Assembly (NCBI GenBank): GCA_963775535.1
Contig: CAVZJH010000055.1
Coordinates: 86,311-150,310 of the forward strand
Length of the DNA: 64,000 nt
Origin: an uncultured bacterium
Lineage (GTDB): Bacteria > Armatimonadota > UBA5829
Reading direction: 5' to 3'
Shown here: in pieces, positions 29,261-39,970 of the stretch
How the letters are laid out: each line of letters opens with the position of its first letter
Position numbering within the stretch: the first letter of the stretch is position 1
Translations under genes and position numbers: made by a program
Notes under the pieces: model-generated
Seen by the model: only the letters and a program-made list of their open reading frames with translations
What the model was told of the DNA's origin: nothing
Databases searched by the model: none

Positions 29261-31268
29261 ATGAATTATATCCGGGGCATTATCATTTCAATAGCCTGTG
29301 CGGGATTGCTGATGCTGGGAGTCTGCGCCTGGTCTCAAAATTCCGGGAACACGGCGCAGTATGTAACGTTGGAAAACCAGTACCATACAGTTCCTGCTGG
29401 GTGTTTCAGGGCAGGTTTCATCGGACCTGACAAGTGATGGTCAAAGTGATCCGGCCACCGGACGCTTTGGCGTGGTCACCGAGACGGGTGATCCGCAGGT
29501 TCCGGGAGATGATAGGCAGGCGCTGATCGTCCAGTCGCTGTATCCCTGTGGATATTGGGCGTACCTGGAAGGTGAACGTCGGAGGCACTATTTATGTTAT
29601 TGGTGATTCCGCAACCGGTTCGTGCTTAATATCCGCCGTCTGTGTGTAGTAAATCCGCCTGCTCGCGGGACTCGACCTTGGCAAGGCAGGGCCGTTTATT
29701 GATGGCACGTGGCAGATCACGGGCTCTACTGCTCCTGTAGCGACTTTCAGGGTAGCATATCAGTCTAGTGCGCGATCAGGTCAGGTTTCAACTCACGATT
29801 GTGAACTCGGCAGCCACGGCTCAGAGCATCGGAGCCGCGATGGAGTGCGCTGCTTCGGAGGAGGATAACGGTCCAGGCGGGTATCCGTTTATTCAGGGTA
29901 TAGGACAGACAGCCACGCCTGGAGCTCAGCCCCAGGTCTTTGGACAAGTGTTCAGTGGCAGCAATGTGCCCAGTATGTTTGAGTGCTATGACGACGTGCA
30001 GAGCCCGGTCGTTGTGGGGCGGACGACACTGAACCAGGCGGATTGTGTTGCGCCTGACTACGTGGCTGTCGGCGAGTGGCAGGCTTTGGCTTCTCCGGCC
30101 ACCTGGCTCAGCGGGAATGCCGCAGATCCGAATAATTATGTGCCGGACCCCGACACGCCGGTAGCTCAGCTTGCCTGGATGTCGGAGTGGCAGCAGACTG
30201 CTATGGCGTCCGGCGCCGCACGAACGCTGGTTACCTATTACGGTGTCGGGGCGGCGAGACCCGCGTGGACTGTGAGCGCGGGCGCAGGTCAGGTGCAAGA
30301 CAGTGTAGCGCTGGCTGTAGAGGGGCCACGCTCGCTCCAATACGACAGCACTACGACTGGTCAGAACGATCTCACACCCAACCCCTTCAACATAACGGCC
30401 TATGTCTATAACCTGGCGACGGACCCCGGCCCTTACAACTGACCGACGTGAATGCCTCGCTGTATCTGCCGGCTGGCTTGCAACTGACGCCGGGTCAAAC
30501 CGCGGAGCAGACCGTCGGTGATGTGCCGATCAACTCAGAGGGCACACCCGTTCAGTGGACCGTGCAGCCCACTGGCCTATATTCGGGCAATCTGGAATAT
30601 TTCATTATTGCGCGAGATTCATCGGGTTGGCAGCAGGTGGTTAGCCTTCCGATAGATGGTTCCTGCGACCAAGCAAACCGTTTTCAGATATGGATGGCAG
30701 TTGATACAAGTGCCGTTCACATTCAATAACTTCGCGATCAGTCACATATTCAATGGCCTGACACAGGGGATCGTTCGGAGCCGAATACTACAATACGGCC
30801 AGCGGCAGCTACGTGCCCGTGCAGCAGGTGCAGCCGGGGCAGGCATTCTGGATGTATGTGAATGGCGTGTCGCAGTCGACTCCGCAAGCGTTCACGCTTG
30901 CAGCCGACACGGCGATCGTGGGACAGGAAGATGGAAAGCAGTATGCGGAGCAGGACGTTAGTCTTCTGCCGGGTTGGAACCTGATAGGAAACCCGTTGTC
31001 TACCCCGTGTACTGGGGCCAGGTGCTTGTTTATAAGGACGGTGTTGAACAGTTTCGCTCAATCAAGCAGTCCAAAATAGCTGGATAAGCAAAATGCCAGT
31101 TTACCTGGAATCCGAACAGCAACTCTTACCAGTACTTGAGCGACTTCGCAGCGCAGTTGCTTCCGTGGCAGGGTTATTGGGTAGGCGCAGTCGCCTGTTA
31201 CGCTGATCTTCCGGCCGGAGGTATGGCCGGGCGGTGATGTTACGGCTAATCCAGCGGATGGCACATAA
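29261..31268 (+). pseudogene. secreted protein with Ig/CARDB-like domain and two GW...GYW modules, heavily frame-broken
   Basis: Signal peptide MNYIRGIIISIACAGLLMLGVCAWS. The fragments are 29219..29437, 29768..30442, 30448..30729 (LTDVNASLYLPAGLQL...), 30656..30961 and 30813..31079. The sense can be followed across at least six shifts and ends ...LLPWQGYWV.... The exact 3' end is uncertain (31237 or 31268). Confidence 0.55.
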
Positions 31269-31400
31269 ATGCGTTATTCACCATCTGGCAGTGAATAATG
31301 TGACTTGAGGGGGTCGATCCAAGCAATGGATTGCCCTGTATAGAGTGCAGCGCCGACAGGACGTACCGCGGTGTGCTGCCTGCAAGTAGAGTTTCCTTAT

Positions 31401-31603
31401 GAGGAATCGCGCCTGAAACCTTTCGCGACTGCGCCTGCGGCGAGTCACTGTCGGTTTCACCGCGAAGGGGATGAAAATGCCTTCGGCCATTTTCAGAGGA
31501 ATCGCGGATGAAAACCTCTCGCATTCTTCCTGCGGAAGAACGCTGTCGGTTTCACCGCGAAGGGATAAAATAGCCTTCAGCTATTTTCGGAGGAGAATAC
31601 ACT
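31401..31603 (+). repeat. ~95-nt structured 5'-leader repeat, two tandem units (C1 31401-31495, C2 31496-31590)
   Basis: Both units start GAGGAATCGCG and end in an A/U-rich hairpin. After unit 2 comes GAGGAGAATACACT then ATG. Hairpin 1 has a different stem sequence in C1 and C2 but the same TGC loop. Confidence 0.8.
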
Positions 31604-31981
31604 ATGAGATCTATTCATAAACGTTTGCCCTTGGCGGCATTGATATCGGCATTGCTTCTGTGTGCGGCGGGGACCGGCGTAATGGCAGGGTTAACCCTGA
31701 CCTGCACTCCGAACGAGGCGACAGCCAACTCCGTGTGGAATTTTACTGCCACCTGGACCGCCAACGTATGGCCGACTGGGTCTCCGGGCACCGCCGCAGG
31801 CACTACTGAAGGTCTTACATACGATGAGAATTACGTGGTCGCCTCTGGGGCGCACGCTCCGAGTGCGGTCGGACCAGAGCGCTCGACTTCCGATTCCTGG
31901 CTGATGGCTTATCCCTATTTCCTGGGATTCGGGCCTCCGTCACCTTTTACGGCTCAAGATGAGTATTATTACGGTCACTGA
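31604..31981 (+). CDS. giant surface protein, fragment 1 (signal peptide)
   Basis: MRSIHKRLPLAALISALLLCAAGTGVMAG. The sense continues in frame 1 after the stop (…LNTDKNPVGYVERPPDPLQP). Confidence 0.6.
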   Translation: MRSIHKRLPLAALISALLLCAAGTGVMAGLTLTCTPNEATANSVWNFTATWTANVWPTGSPGTAAGTTEGLTYDENYVVASGAHAPSAVGPERSTSDSWLMAYPYFLGFGPPSPFTAQDEYYYGH

Positions 31982-32282
31982 ATACCGATAAGAATCCAGT
32001 TGGCTATGTGGAGCGCCCGCCGGATCCGCTTCAGCCAATTGTCGAATTGGCCAGCAATAGTGAAGCCAGGTATGACCGTGGGCTGAACATAGTTGTAGAT
32101 GAGTCGGTAAACAACATGGATTCTACGGACGATCCTCCTGTCGTTCGCGGGGCTATTGATCCCAATACGGGTATAAACTGTCATGCAGAATATGATTGTC
32201 CCCCATATGGACGCGGTTGCCGCTGTGCCAGGCACGGGCGGCTCGCCTGGGAGTGCTGCAATCCCGGAAATAAAGCCTTTCA

Positions 32283-33086
32283 TTGTTACATCGCATGATC
32301 CGGATCTTCCTCATAGGGGTGTGGGCGGACTTCGCCCATAATATTCCGGTGGCTGCGCACCTGACGCAGCTCCAGGACTGGCCCGGAACTCAGCCGCCGG
32401 TCAACGTGATTGAGATCGACGACATGAACGCCGCGGACAGTGTAACCCAGTATTATGTCTCTTATTATTATCCGGGCGAAAATTATGTTGCCACCGCTTC
32501 CTATCCGCTGCCCGCACCGTATACTGTGTATCAGTTGAAGCCGACCAGGACCGCCAATGGCATGGTGGTCAAGATCAATGATGGCATCCTGCACCTTAAC
32601 AAGACCCCTTCAGGGGGCGCGGGCACTGCAGCCGGCGGGCTGCTGGGGGTATACGACAACCCAAACCTTGTCAGTCCGGATTATTCCGGCGTTACCAGTA
32701 AGCCCACGTCGACCCTTGCTTACGACATACCTGGAACAGCGGGGAAAGCTTACGGCGTAATACATCTGCCTGCCCTTCCGCAGAGTACCGCGATGGTGTA
32801 CATAAAAGTCAGCTCATACGCCATTGTGAATGTTAATACCGCGATTGTCCCATCGGACTCTACTTCAGCATTATTCAACCTCAGCACGGGCGTTTATGAT
32901 TCGAAGCAGGGCATCATAAAACTCACGACGCCGCTCTCAGCGCCTACGGTCAACACGACAGTCACGGATTCTACCGGCACGTATACCATCGATACGATGG
33001 GGAACAAAGTAGCAATTAAGTTCACGCCGCTCAGCAGGAATGCTATTACCGTGGGGCAACCGGTCCTTCAACAGCGACGGCGATAA
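32283..33086 (+). CDS. giant surface protein, fragment 2
   Basis: 267 aa. It contains GVYDNPNLVSPDY and GVYDSKQGIIKLTTPL motifs. The sense continues in frame 2 near 33051-33062 (…AITVG / TGPSTATAITCDPPG). Confidence 0.6.
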   Translation: MLHRMIRIFLIGVWADFAHNIPVAAHLTQLQDWPGTQPPVNVIEIDDMNAADSVTQYYVSYYYPGENYVATASYPLPAPYTVYQLKPTRTANGMVVKINDGILHLNKTPSGGAGTAAGGLLGVYDNPNLVSPDYSGVTSKPTSTLAYDIPGTAGKAYGVIHLPALPQSTAMVYIKVSSYAIVNVNTAIVPSDSTSALFNLSTGVYDSKQGIIKLTTPLSAPTVNTTVTDSTGTYTIDTMGNKVAIKFTPLSRNAITVGQPVLQQRRR

Positions 33087-33211
33087 CCTGTGATCCTCCT
33101 GGAACCGTTAACCCGGACACCACTATAGTTCCTAACGCCGAGGGTACATTCAACTTCACCAGTACAACTAATCTTCTCCCGATCGGAACGGACGCGGTTT
33201 CGATCACCTAT

Positions 33212-34618
33212 TTGTGCAATGATTCGGATGCAGGCCCCGAGGGCGCTATATGGCTGGACAATATTAATAGTGCCAGCGAAGGCCCGATACCGATGGACTA
33301 TGATAGTGGAACCCCGGCTACCGGGGCCATATACAAGGTGTCGGTCAGCGCGGGTCTGAATATGAGCAACGATAACCAGTGGCCTCTTCCTGAGTTTGGG
33401 GACAGCGGCCCGGGACAGTGGAGCAATAACCATCTTTTATGGGGGTCGGCGCTCAAGAGTGGAACAATTCCACCTCTTTGGTATGCGCCGCGGCTTATAG
33501 CCGGTGTCCTTGGCGTTGCTCAAACGATCAATAACCCACCTATCCATGCGATAGGCTATATGACCCCACAACCATATTTCTACGACACGAATTTGTCTTC
33601 TGTAATCGTCCACGACAGCCGCCCGAGAGAGCTCTTAACGAACGGCAATCTGGAGATGATCGATCACGCCGGCATTGCTTTCCACAGCCTGCCTAATGGC
33701 ACGGGAGCCGGCCTGTCTTTCTTGACGTGCTATCCGGATCCCGCTCCTAATGGGGTAGGGTGGCCACAGGGGTATGACATATATCCGGTGACAGTAGAGC
33801 CAGTCCAGGAATTGAACTCTACCGAGCCGAACGATGGCTCCAGCTCGACTGAGTTCGTATTCAGAGTCAGATACAATAATGCAGACAATCTGCCTCCACT
33901 ATCGTGGATGCATTACTGGAATGATCCGTGGTTGTTCAACGGGGGCGAGGTCGAGACCAAGGCCGATGAAAGCGGCGTTATATTATATCTCGATGAGTCG
34001 GGAACGGGCGACTATCATCCTCACTTTATGCAGCCGGAGGTTACGACCCAGACAGGGGCGGGCAACGTCTACGTTTACAGGGTTATTCCGCACAGCGCGA
34101 TCGGCATATTTAACGCCCCGCCGCCCTACCCATTGGGCGATCTATATGACGGGGGTTATGGCGTATACAACTTCGACAATACACTGTATCAATCGCTGTC
34201 AATTGGCGTATACCACTATTTCTTCGGGTGCTCCGATGACAGTATTGTTCTCGACGATGCCAAGACATATCTGTTCGATTGGCAGCCGAATGAAACGGAG
34301 TGGGGCTACACCTCCATCCAGGATAATTCAGACTGGCTGAATCACGAGAGTACCGGCACGGATCCTTCAGTTATCCGCCAGGTCGCCGGTTACAGTGCGA
34401 TCAACCGCGCTCCGCAGCGCGTGCCATCGTGCGTAGGTGATCCGAATGTTACTGGTCCATACGACTCAACAATCTACGTAGACCGGCCGGATCGTGTGCC
34501 GGGCCTCTTCGAGCAGACTTTGCAGACAAATCTCGGAACTACTTATCCCTGGAAGGCGTCACAGCATCCTGAGATTACTTGCAGCCTGGGGATGTACCAG
34601 GTACAATCCCGACACTGA
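33212..34618 (+). CDS. giant surface protein, fragment 3
   Basis: 468 aa. The ORF is open upstream of the listed TTG. It contains TEFVFRVRYNNADNLPP. It joins the next fragment near 34600 (…SLGMYQ / YNPDTDTG). Confidence 0.6.
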   Translation: MCNDSDAGPEGAIWLDNINSASEGPIPMDYDSGTPATGAIYKVSVSAGLNMSNDNQWPLPEFGDSGPGQWSNNHLLWGSALKSGTIPPLWYAPRLIAGVLGVAQTINNPPIHAIGYMTPQPYFYDTNLSSVIVHDSRPRELLTNGNLEMIDHAGIAFHSLPNGTGAGLSFLTCYPDPAPNGVGWPQGYDIYPVTVEPVQELNSTEPNDGSSSTEFVFRVRYNNADNLPPLSWMHYWNDPWLFNGGEVETKADESGVILYLDESGTGDYHPHFMQPEVTTQTGAGNVYVYRVIPHSAIGIFNAPPPYPLGDLYDGGYGVYNFDNTLYQSLSIGVYHYFFGCSDDSIVLDDAKTYLFDWQPNETEWGYTSIQDNSDWLNHESTGTDPSVIRQVAGYSAINRAPQRVPSCVGDPNVTGPYDSTIYVDRPDRVPGLFEQTLQTNLGTTYPWKASQHPEITCSLGMYQVQSRH

Positions 34619-35933
34619 CACGGGAGACTCCATGGACGATCTCTTCGTGAGGTGGGACGACCCGAAATATGGCAATGGGCGTTTCCTGGGCACAATAGAC
34701 CCGTTCTACAGAGCAGTCAATCCTGACCTGCCGGGCGCTTTTGCGTCGTCATCGCTGTCCGCTCTCGCAGAGACATGCGGTTTGACCAGCCAGACGGACA
34801 TAACATTCCAGGTGCTGTTTCAGCAAATCAATGATACTGCGCCGAATTACGTGCAGGTATACATAAACAACGCGAACGAGATGACCGGCACTGATACAGC
34901 GCATGCTTTCACAGCCTATACTATGTATCCCAGTCCTAATCAGACGCAGCCGTATGACTATAAACACGGCGTATGGTACCAGTACACCACTAAGCTTCCT
35001 ATGGGGCCGCACACGTACTATTTCCAGGCCTATGATGGAATACACGAGGCAAGGTATCCCGTCCGGCCCGACCAGTTAAACTATGGGGGCGCAGGCAGCT
35101 ATTATAATGATTGGTGGGTACCAACCAGCAGTCTCGAGACCGATCGCGGCACCGCGAGCTATGTCGACAACGACTATTGCCCTGGACCCTTTATCAACCA
35201 TCCGTGTGTGTTGAGCCAAAATACCGTGACGCCGGGCACCGGAAAGCAGGGGAATCAGTTCGAGTACAGGGTAATGTATGCCGATCCTGATGGGCAGAGA
35301 GTCTACAGCGCGAAGCTCACCATAGAGATTAACGATCGAGGTGACACACGCACGTTCGATATGATACCGGAGAGTCCGTTCGCCGACCCGACCGCGAATC
35401 ATTCACAGGATTACATGAATGGCGTCTACTACTACCTGGACACCGCTTCCATAGGCGACCTGGTCCTTGAACAGGGCACGCGGCGCTATTATATGGAGTT
35501 TACAGATGACTGGGGCAGGCAGTTCGATGTGACCGACACCGTAGCCGGTGAGGCAACCAGGCTGCCCGCCGGCGATGGCAACTGGATAGACGGACCGATC
35601 GTGTCTGCAAACCATGCGCCTACTCTCGCGAACGGAAGTGTGCAGTCACAGGACGGCACGTCAAACGCCGCCACTCTGTGGACCTATAACGTTACCTACC
35701 GTGACTTGGACAACGATCCGCCAGCCCTTATCAAGGTCTATCTTGGCTTGCTTGAACCCGACGGGAGGACCATCCTGTGGGATACCGGGCATACGATGTT
35801 ACAAGATGACCCGACCAATACGGTGTACAGCAACGGCATATCGTTTAGTTACCAAACAAGATTGGGAGCCATTGATTTAGTGGATCCCAGCGGGTACTCA
35901 ACCTCAACCGAAGCAGGACCTCTATGCCTTTGA
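34494..35933 (+). CDS. giant surface protein, fragment 4
   Basis: Three repeat-A domains (ITFQVLFQQINDTAPNYVQVYI…HTYYFQAYDG, FEYRVMYADPDG…YYMEFTDDWG, WTYNVTYRDLDNDPP…). It joins the next fragment near 35885-35915 (…DLYAFEAYDG). Confidence 0.65.
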   Translation: MCRASSSRLCRQISELLIPGRRHSILRLLAAWGCTRYNPDTDTGDSMDDLFVRWDDPKYGNGRFLGTIDPFYRAVNPDLPGAFASSSLSALAETCGLTSQTDITFQVLFQQINDTAPNYVQVYINNANEMTGTDTAHAFTAYTMYPSPNQTQPYDYKHGVWYQYTTKLPMGPHTYYFQAYDGIHEARYPVRPDQLNYGGAGSYYNDWWVPTSSLETDRGTASYVDNDYCPGPFINHPCVLSQNTVTPGTGKQGNQFEYRVMYADPDGQRVYSAKLTIEINDRGDTRTFDMIPESPFADPTANHSQDYMNGVYYYLDTASIGDLVLEQGTRRYYMEFTDDWGRQFDVTDTVAGEATRLPAGDGNWIDGPIVSANHAPTLANGSVQSQDGTSNAATLWTYNVTYRDLDNDPPALIKVYLGLLEPDGRTILWDTGHTMLQDDPTNTVYSNGISFSYQTRLGAIDLVDPSGYSTSTEAGPLCL

Positions 35934-35976
35934 AGCGTACGATGGCGCTGCCTGGGCCACCTATAATTCATCCGCG

Positions 35977-37131
35977 GTGGATGAAGACAGGTCCAACGCT
36001 GCGGGCTGCTACGTGCTTCAGAACCTTGTGCCACTGACCACGGATGAGTTTGCCATCAGGCCGATAATTGCACAAAGGGGAACAGTCAATGCGGCTGGTA
36101 ATGCGGTCACGCCCGATAGCCCGGGAGATATAATCAAGGTCTGGGGCGTCTATCAGACGGAAAACCTGGATCAGGACCCAACTTATACTACGAACTACTA
36201 TAACAGTGCTGCGGTATACAACCCGGGTGATCCTACCGTTCCTCTGATAGCGGGTGCGCCCTCGGGAGTTCTATGGATCCAGTATGAAGCTCAGTCACCG
36301 ATAGTCGGTCCGCTTCCTATTAATCTACCCGCGCCCGCCGGTGTCATTCCGGACGCGCAGTTATACCAGAACTATTCGAGCAATCCGACTCCGATATTGA
36401 TCGATGACCAGAAGAACGGCTGGATCTCATCAGACGATCCGACAGACCATGGTGTCATGGTAATGCACGCTGTGGCCGCAAATGCAAATCTGCCGACACT
36501 GACGTATGTTACTCCCGACAGTGCCGCTAACATCGCATCGATCGAAGGAATTTACGACAATCCGTTGTTGACCGGCACGAACTACTACGATCCAACTGTT
36601 CTGAATGAGCCGGCCGTTCAGACCGGCACGGTGACAGAAGGAACAGATGGCAATCTATATGCCAGCGCGAGCTGCGTATATCCCAGCGCGAATGACCCGT
36701 GGCCGCTGGGCGGGAATGATAAGATACAGGGTGTTTTCGCTGCGGCGGATCTGTCGGGCGCTAATTACTATGGAGGACAGCTCCAGTGGCAGCAGGCTCA
36801 GGCGGAGGGTACCCTCAGCTTATCCAGTGTTTGGCCGGACAATCCTTGGGACATTGCTGTGATCTCCGGTGTTTACCAGACGATGGTCGCTTCTTCGGGC
36901 GCGACGAACTATATCACGACAAATACATCCGGGTACCGAATCCGTTTGTTACGCCACCGGGCCCGACAAATGAGTTCATACCCCTTAGTACCGCTTTGGC
37001 GTCGCCGGGGCCTGCATTCATATACTACTACCCGGCAGTCGCTGCAAACCAATACTATAACCCGCCCAGCAGTGCGATTGGATCGAATGGCCAGCCGAGC
37101 GGACCGGGTGGCACGTATTGGATACCGCTGA
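35977..37131 (+). CDS. giant surface protein, fragment 5
   Basis: Four repeat-B motifs (GVYQTENL..TTNYY, GIYDNPLLTGTNYY, GVFAAADLSGANYY, GVYQTMVASSGATNY). It joins the next fragment near 36905-36925. Confidence 0.65.
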   Translation: MDEDRSNAAGCYVLQNLVPLTTDEFAIRPIIAQRGTVNAAGNAVTPDSPGDIIKVWGVYQTENLDQDPTYTTNYYNSAAVYNPGDPTVPLIAGAPSGVLWIQYEAQSPIVGPLPINLPAPAGVIPDAQLYQNYSSNPTPILIDDQKNGWISSDDPTDHGVMVMHAVAANANLPTLTYVTPDSAANIASIEGIYDNPLLTGTNYYDPTVLNEPAVQTGTVTEGTDGNLYASASCVYPSANDPWPLGGNDKIQGVFAAADLSGANYYGGQLQWQQAQAEGTLSLSSVWPDNPWDIAVISGVYQTMVASSGATNYITTNTSGYRIRLLRHRARQMSSYPLVPLWRRRGLHSYTTTRQSLQTNTITRPAVRLDRMASRADRVARIGYR

Positions 37132-39965
37132 ATGTTAAGCCCGGCGCCTCGGGCGCGCCTGCTGTTGGCAGCACGGTATACATACAGGCCCTTACGAGGA
37201 GCTTTAGCTGCGGCGATTCATCCTTGAGACTGACGACGCCTCTCCCTGAAGTGTCGATGACTGCCACGGCGGTCGCGGGCCAATACGTGCTTGCTATCCC
37301 GACCCCGGCGCTAATAGGCAGAGTAGACGGAGTATTCACTTCGTCGAGCCTGACCGGAACGAACTATTATTCGGGTGCGCAGAGCGTTCCGACTAATCCG
37401 TACACAACCGGAGACACGTTGATCCGCCTGTCAGCGCCGTTGAGTGGCACTGTCTATATAGCATACGTGCCGCTCAACCGGTCTGTTTATCTCAGTTACT
37501 CGGACATAAGCTTCACGCATCAAGCCCGCGGCACGGCCGTCGATGCGATACTACCGGATGGAATGACGCTGTCATGGGCCCAGGGAGTATCCTACTTCAT
37601 GCCGGATGGTTGGTCGGTGCCGAACGTTCACATGCGTGGCAATACGACGGACGTTACCGCCGGCACGGTTGGTATATGGCTTAATTCAGACCTGTCTCAG
37701 ACCAACTATTTCAATCCCAGGTGGACCTCCCGGTACATAGATATAACATCCGGAACGGACATTATACCCGCTACCGAGGACAATAGACCGGCTACGCTTA
37801 CCGCGGCTTCGGTCCCGCAGGGGCAGTTGCCCGCAGCAGGTTCAGGAGTGAGCATGGGAACATTGCGGCTTTCCACTCTCGCTCCAACTGGGACCAATTA
37901 CATGTACGCCCGCTATTATCAGTTCGGCGACTACCATATAGACAGGTGGAACCGGAACGTAATGTTCATTACAAATCCGGCGCTGCCTGCGGGGACCAGC
38001 CTCCAGGCGTCCTACTTCTTCGGAACAAAGATGCCGCAGTTGCTGACGGCAAACACGCCTCCAACTCTGTCGCCACCGACAACGAATGGGAAGGCTGCGG
38101 CCAACTGGGGTTTAACCGAGTTGACTTCTACGCTGACGCCTGTCCAGGGGTCACGAAGCGCGCAATACGTATACTCAGTAATCTATGAGGACCCGGACGG
38201 ACCTAACGGGCAGGCTCCGGAGTATGTGAGGGTGTATATCGACGGTGTTGCCTACGATATGACTCCCGCATACACTGGCACTCCTCCATATGGCTCGGGG
38301 GCCTTATACACATACACTCCGCCCAGCGGACTTACGGGAGGTTCTCATAAGTACCACTTTGAGGCCTCAGACGGTGCGGCAGTTGCGTGGCTTGATGATG
38401 TTCCGCCTTACTCACATCAGAGTATTGTTGGATCAGTTGTATCATCGGTGGTCGATTTTAACGGGCCGTGGGTAGATAATCCTCCGGATCTTACCGTCGG
38501 CGCCGCGTCGCCGAATCCGACCTCGGGCAGTATCGCCACGACGGAAAGTATCGATTACACGGTTACATACGACGATATGGATAATGATCCGCCTTATTTC
38601 TACAATCCGGTCACGGACATCTATGATAACCTGGACGGCAATGGCGTTCCTGATGGCCTGGATTGGTCGGGATCTCCGAGATTGTGGATTGATTCCGGCA
38701 CTACGGATCAGACCTACTCCGGTGTTACATCCGCCTTGAATGACGATCCTCTTGCGCCTGGCAAAAAGAGGATTATAGTTGCGACGACCGCAAGCGGAAG
38801 TAATCCAAACTGGACTCAGAACGAGTTCGCCGGCCAGTTGCTGCAGATCACCAACGGCACCCTGCTGAACCGGGTGTATTTGATCCAGAGCAACACTGCC
38901 AACACTCTGACACTGTCTACAGATGATTTGCTGAAGGACGGTGTAGTAGCAGGCGGGGCCAACGCCAGTGCGTTCGTCATCAATGGCCTGCTTTTGTCCA
39001 AGGTCGATCCAACCCAGCAAAACTATACACAGGGCATAGCATACAAGGTTACTGTGCCGGGATTGGCGGTAGGTTCTCACAAGTTCCACTTTACCGCCCG
39101 CAGCAGGCTAACGAAGCCACAATGGCTGCAGACTGAGATGCTCGCGCTGATACCGCCGCAGATGCCGGTTGCCTACTCGTCTCTGGCACGATTCCCTGCC
39201 AGCGGCGAATTGACCGGTCCTACGGTATCCAGCCAGCCGCCGACCGGCGTCGTGGCGCCGACTCTAACCAGCGACGCAGACCATTCGCTCTACGTTGGTC
39301 CTACATATCAGCGTGTGGCTGTAACTTCAACCACCGCAGTCGGGCCTATCGACGCGACCGCGTTTGCGCTGATCCGTGAAGTTCGCGGGGTATACAAGAA
39401 CGCGAACGACTTCGATCTGACTGCTGTTCCGGACAGCGCGACGAATGTGGCGAACGGCTATTACGATCCGGTGGCTACGACGACTCCGTTCCAGCCCGGG
39501 GATCAGACCATAAAACTGACCACAGCTATTCCCGCGTCTATAGCGGGAGCGCCGATGGTGCAGTTTGCTGTGCCTACTCTCGATACAACCACGAATATAG
39601 CATCACTTCAGAGCGTCACGCCGGATGATCCGACGGTTATCGATTCCGTGGTAGCGGTATCGCTGAACCCGGACCTCTCGGGTGTTAACTACGTTTCCTC
39701 GGCTTCTCCGCCACCGCCGACCCTGGGTGGTACTGTATCGTTTAACACCATAACGTTGACCCAACCCCTGCCTGCAGGAACTACACGGGTGTATTTGGAG
39801 TACACGCTGAAGTCGGGCATCACATATCCGCCGATGTATGTGGAATACTTCAAGATGACAAGCACGAACCCACTGCTCGCCACTGATACGGCTACGTTCA
39901 GGGCGACATACCAGGACGCCGGTGGCTACCCTCCAAGTTATCACGATGGATACAGGGTTACGTAA
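36786..39965 (+). CDS. giant surface protein, fragment 6
   Basis: 1059-aa ORF with mixed repeat-A domains (YVYSVIYEDPDG…HKYHFEASDG, IDYTVTYDDMDNDPP…HKFHFTARS) and repeat-B motifs (GVFTSSSLTGTNYY, GIWLNSDLSQTNYF, GVYKNAND…NGYY, LNPDLSGVNYV). Confidence 0.7.
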   Translation: MAAGSGGGYPQLIQCLAGQSLGHCCDLRCLPDDGRFFGRDELYHDKYIRVPNPFVTPPGPTNEFIPLSTALASPGPAFIYYYPAVAANQYYNPPSSAIGSNGQPSGPGGTYWIPLNVKPGASGAPAVGSTVYIQALTRSFSCGDSSLRLTTPLPEVSMTATAVAGQYVLAIPTPALIGRVDGVFTSSSLTGTNYYSGAQSVPTNPYTTGDTLIRLSAPLSGTVYIAYVPLNRSVYLSYSDISFTHQARGTAVDAILPDGMTLSWAQGVSYFMPDGWSVPNVHMRGNTTDVTAGTVGIWLNSDLSQTNYFNPRWTSRYIDITSGTDIIPATEDNRPATLTAASVPQGQLPAAGSGVSMGTLRLSTLAPTGTNYMYARYYQFGDYHIDRWNRNVMFITNPALPAGTSLQASYFFGTKMPQLLTANTPPTLSPPTTNGKAAANWGLTELTSTLTPVQGSRSAQYVYSVIYEDPDGPNGQAPEYVRVYIDGVAYDMTPAYTGTPPYGSGALYTYTPPSGLTGGSHKYHFEASDGAAVAWLDDVPPYSHQSIVGSVVSSVVDFNGPWVDNPPDLTVGAASPNPTSGSIATTESIDYTVTYDDMDNDPPYFYNPVTDIYDNLDGNGVPDGLDWSGSPRLWIDSGTTDQTYSGVTSALNDDPLAPGKKRIIVATTASGSNPNWTQNEFAGQLLQITNGTLLNRVYLIQSNTANTLTLSTDDLLKDGVVAGGANASAFVINGLLLSKVDPTQQNYTQGIAYKVTVPGLAVGSHKFHFTARSRLTKPQWLQTEMLALIPPQMPVAYSSLARFPASGELTGPTVSSQPPTGVVAPTLTSDADHSLYVGPTYQRVAVTSTTAVGPIDATAFALIREVRGVYKNANDFDLTAVPDSATNVANGYYDPVATTTPFQPGDQTIKLTTAIPASIAGAPMVQFAVPTLDTTTNIASLQSVTPDDPTVIDSVVAVSLNPDLSGVNYVSSASPPPPTLGGTVSFNTITLTQPLPAGTTRVYLEYTLKSGITYPPMYVEYFKMTSTNPLLATDTATFRATYQDAGGYPPSYHDGYRVT

Positions 39966-39970
39966 ACGTA

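Noticed and set aside
31401-31603. Possible CRISPR array (tandem ~95-nt repeats)
   Set aside because: There are only two units, directly abutting without spacers. The units are far longer than CRISPR repeats, no cas genes are present, and single copies occur elsewhere in front of genes.
32008-32298. Independent 96-aa gene between giant-gene fragments
   Set aside because: Its frame is open upstream to 31963 and continues the sense of fragment 1. Its 3' part (CHAEYDCPPYGRGCRC…) looks out of frame, while an alternative frame reads more protein-like (TVMQNMIVPHMDAVAAVPGTGGSPG…). It is treated as part of the broken giant ORF.
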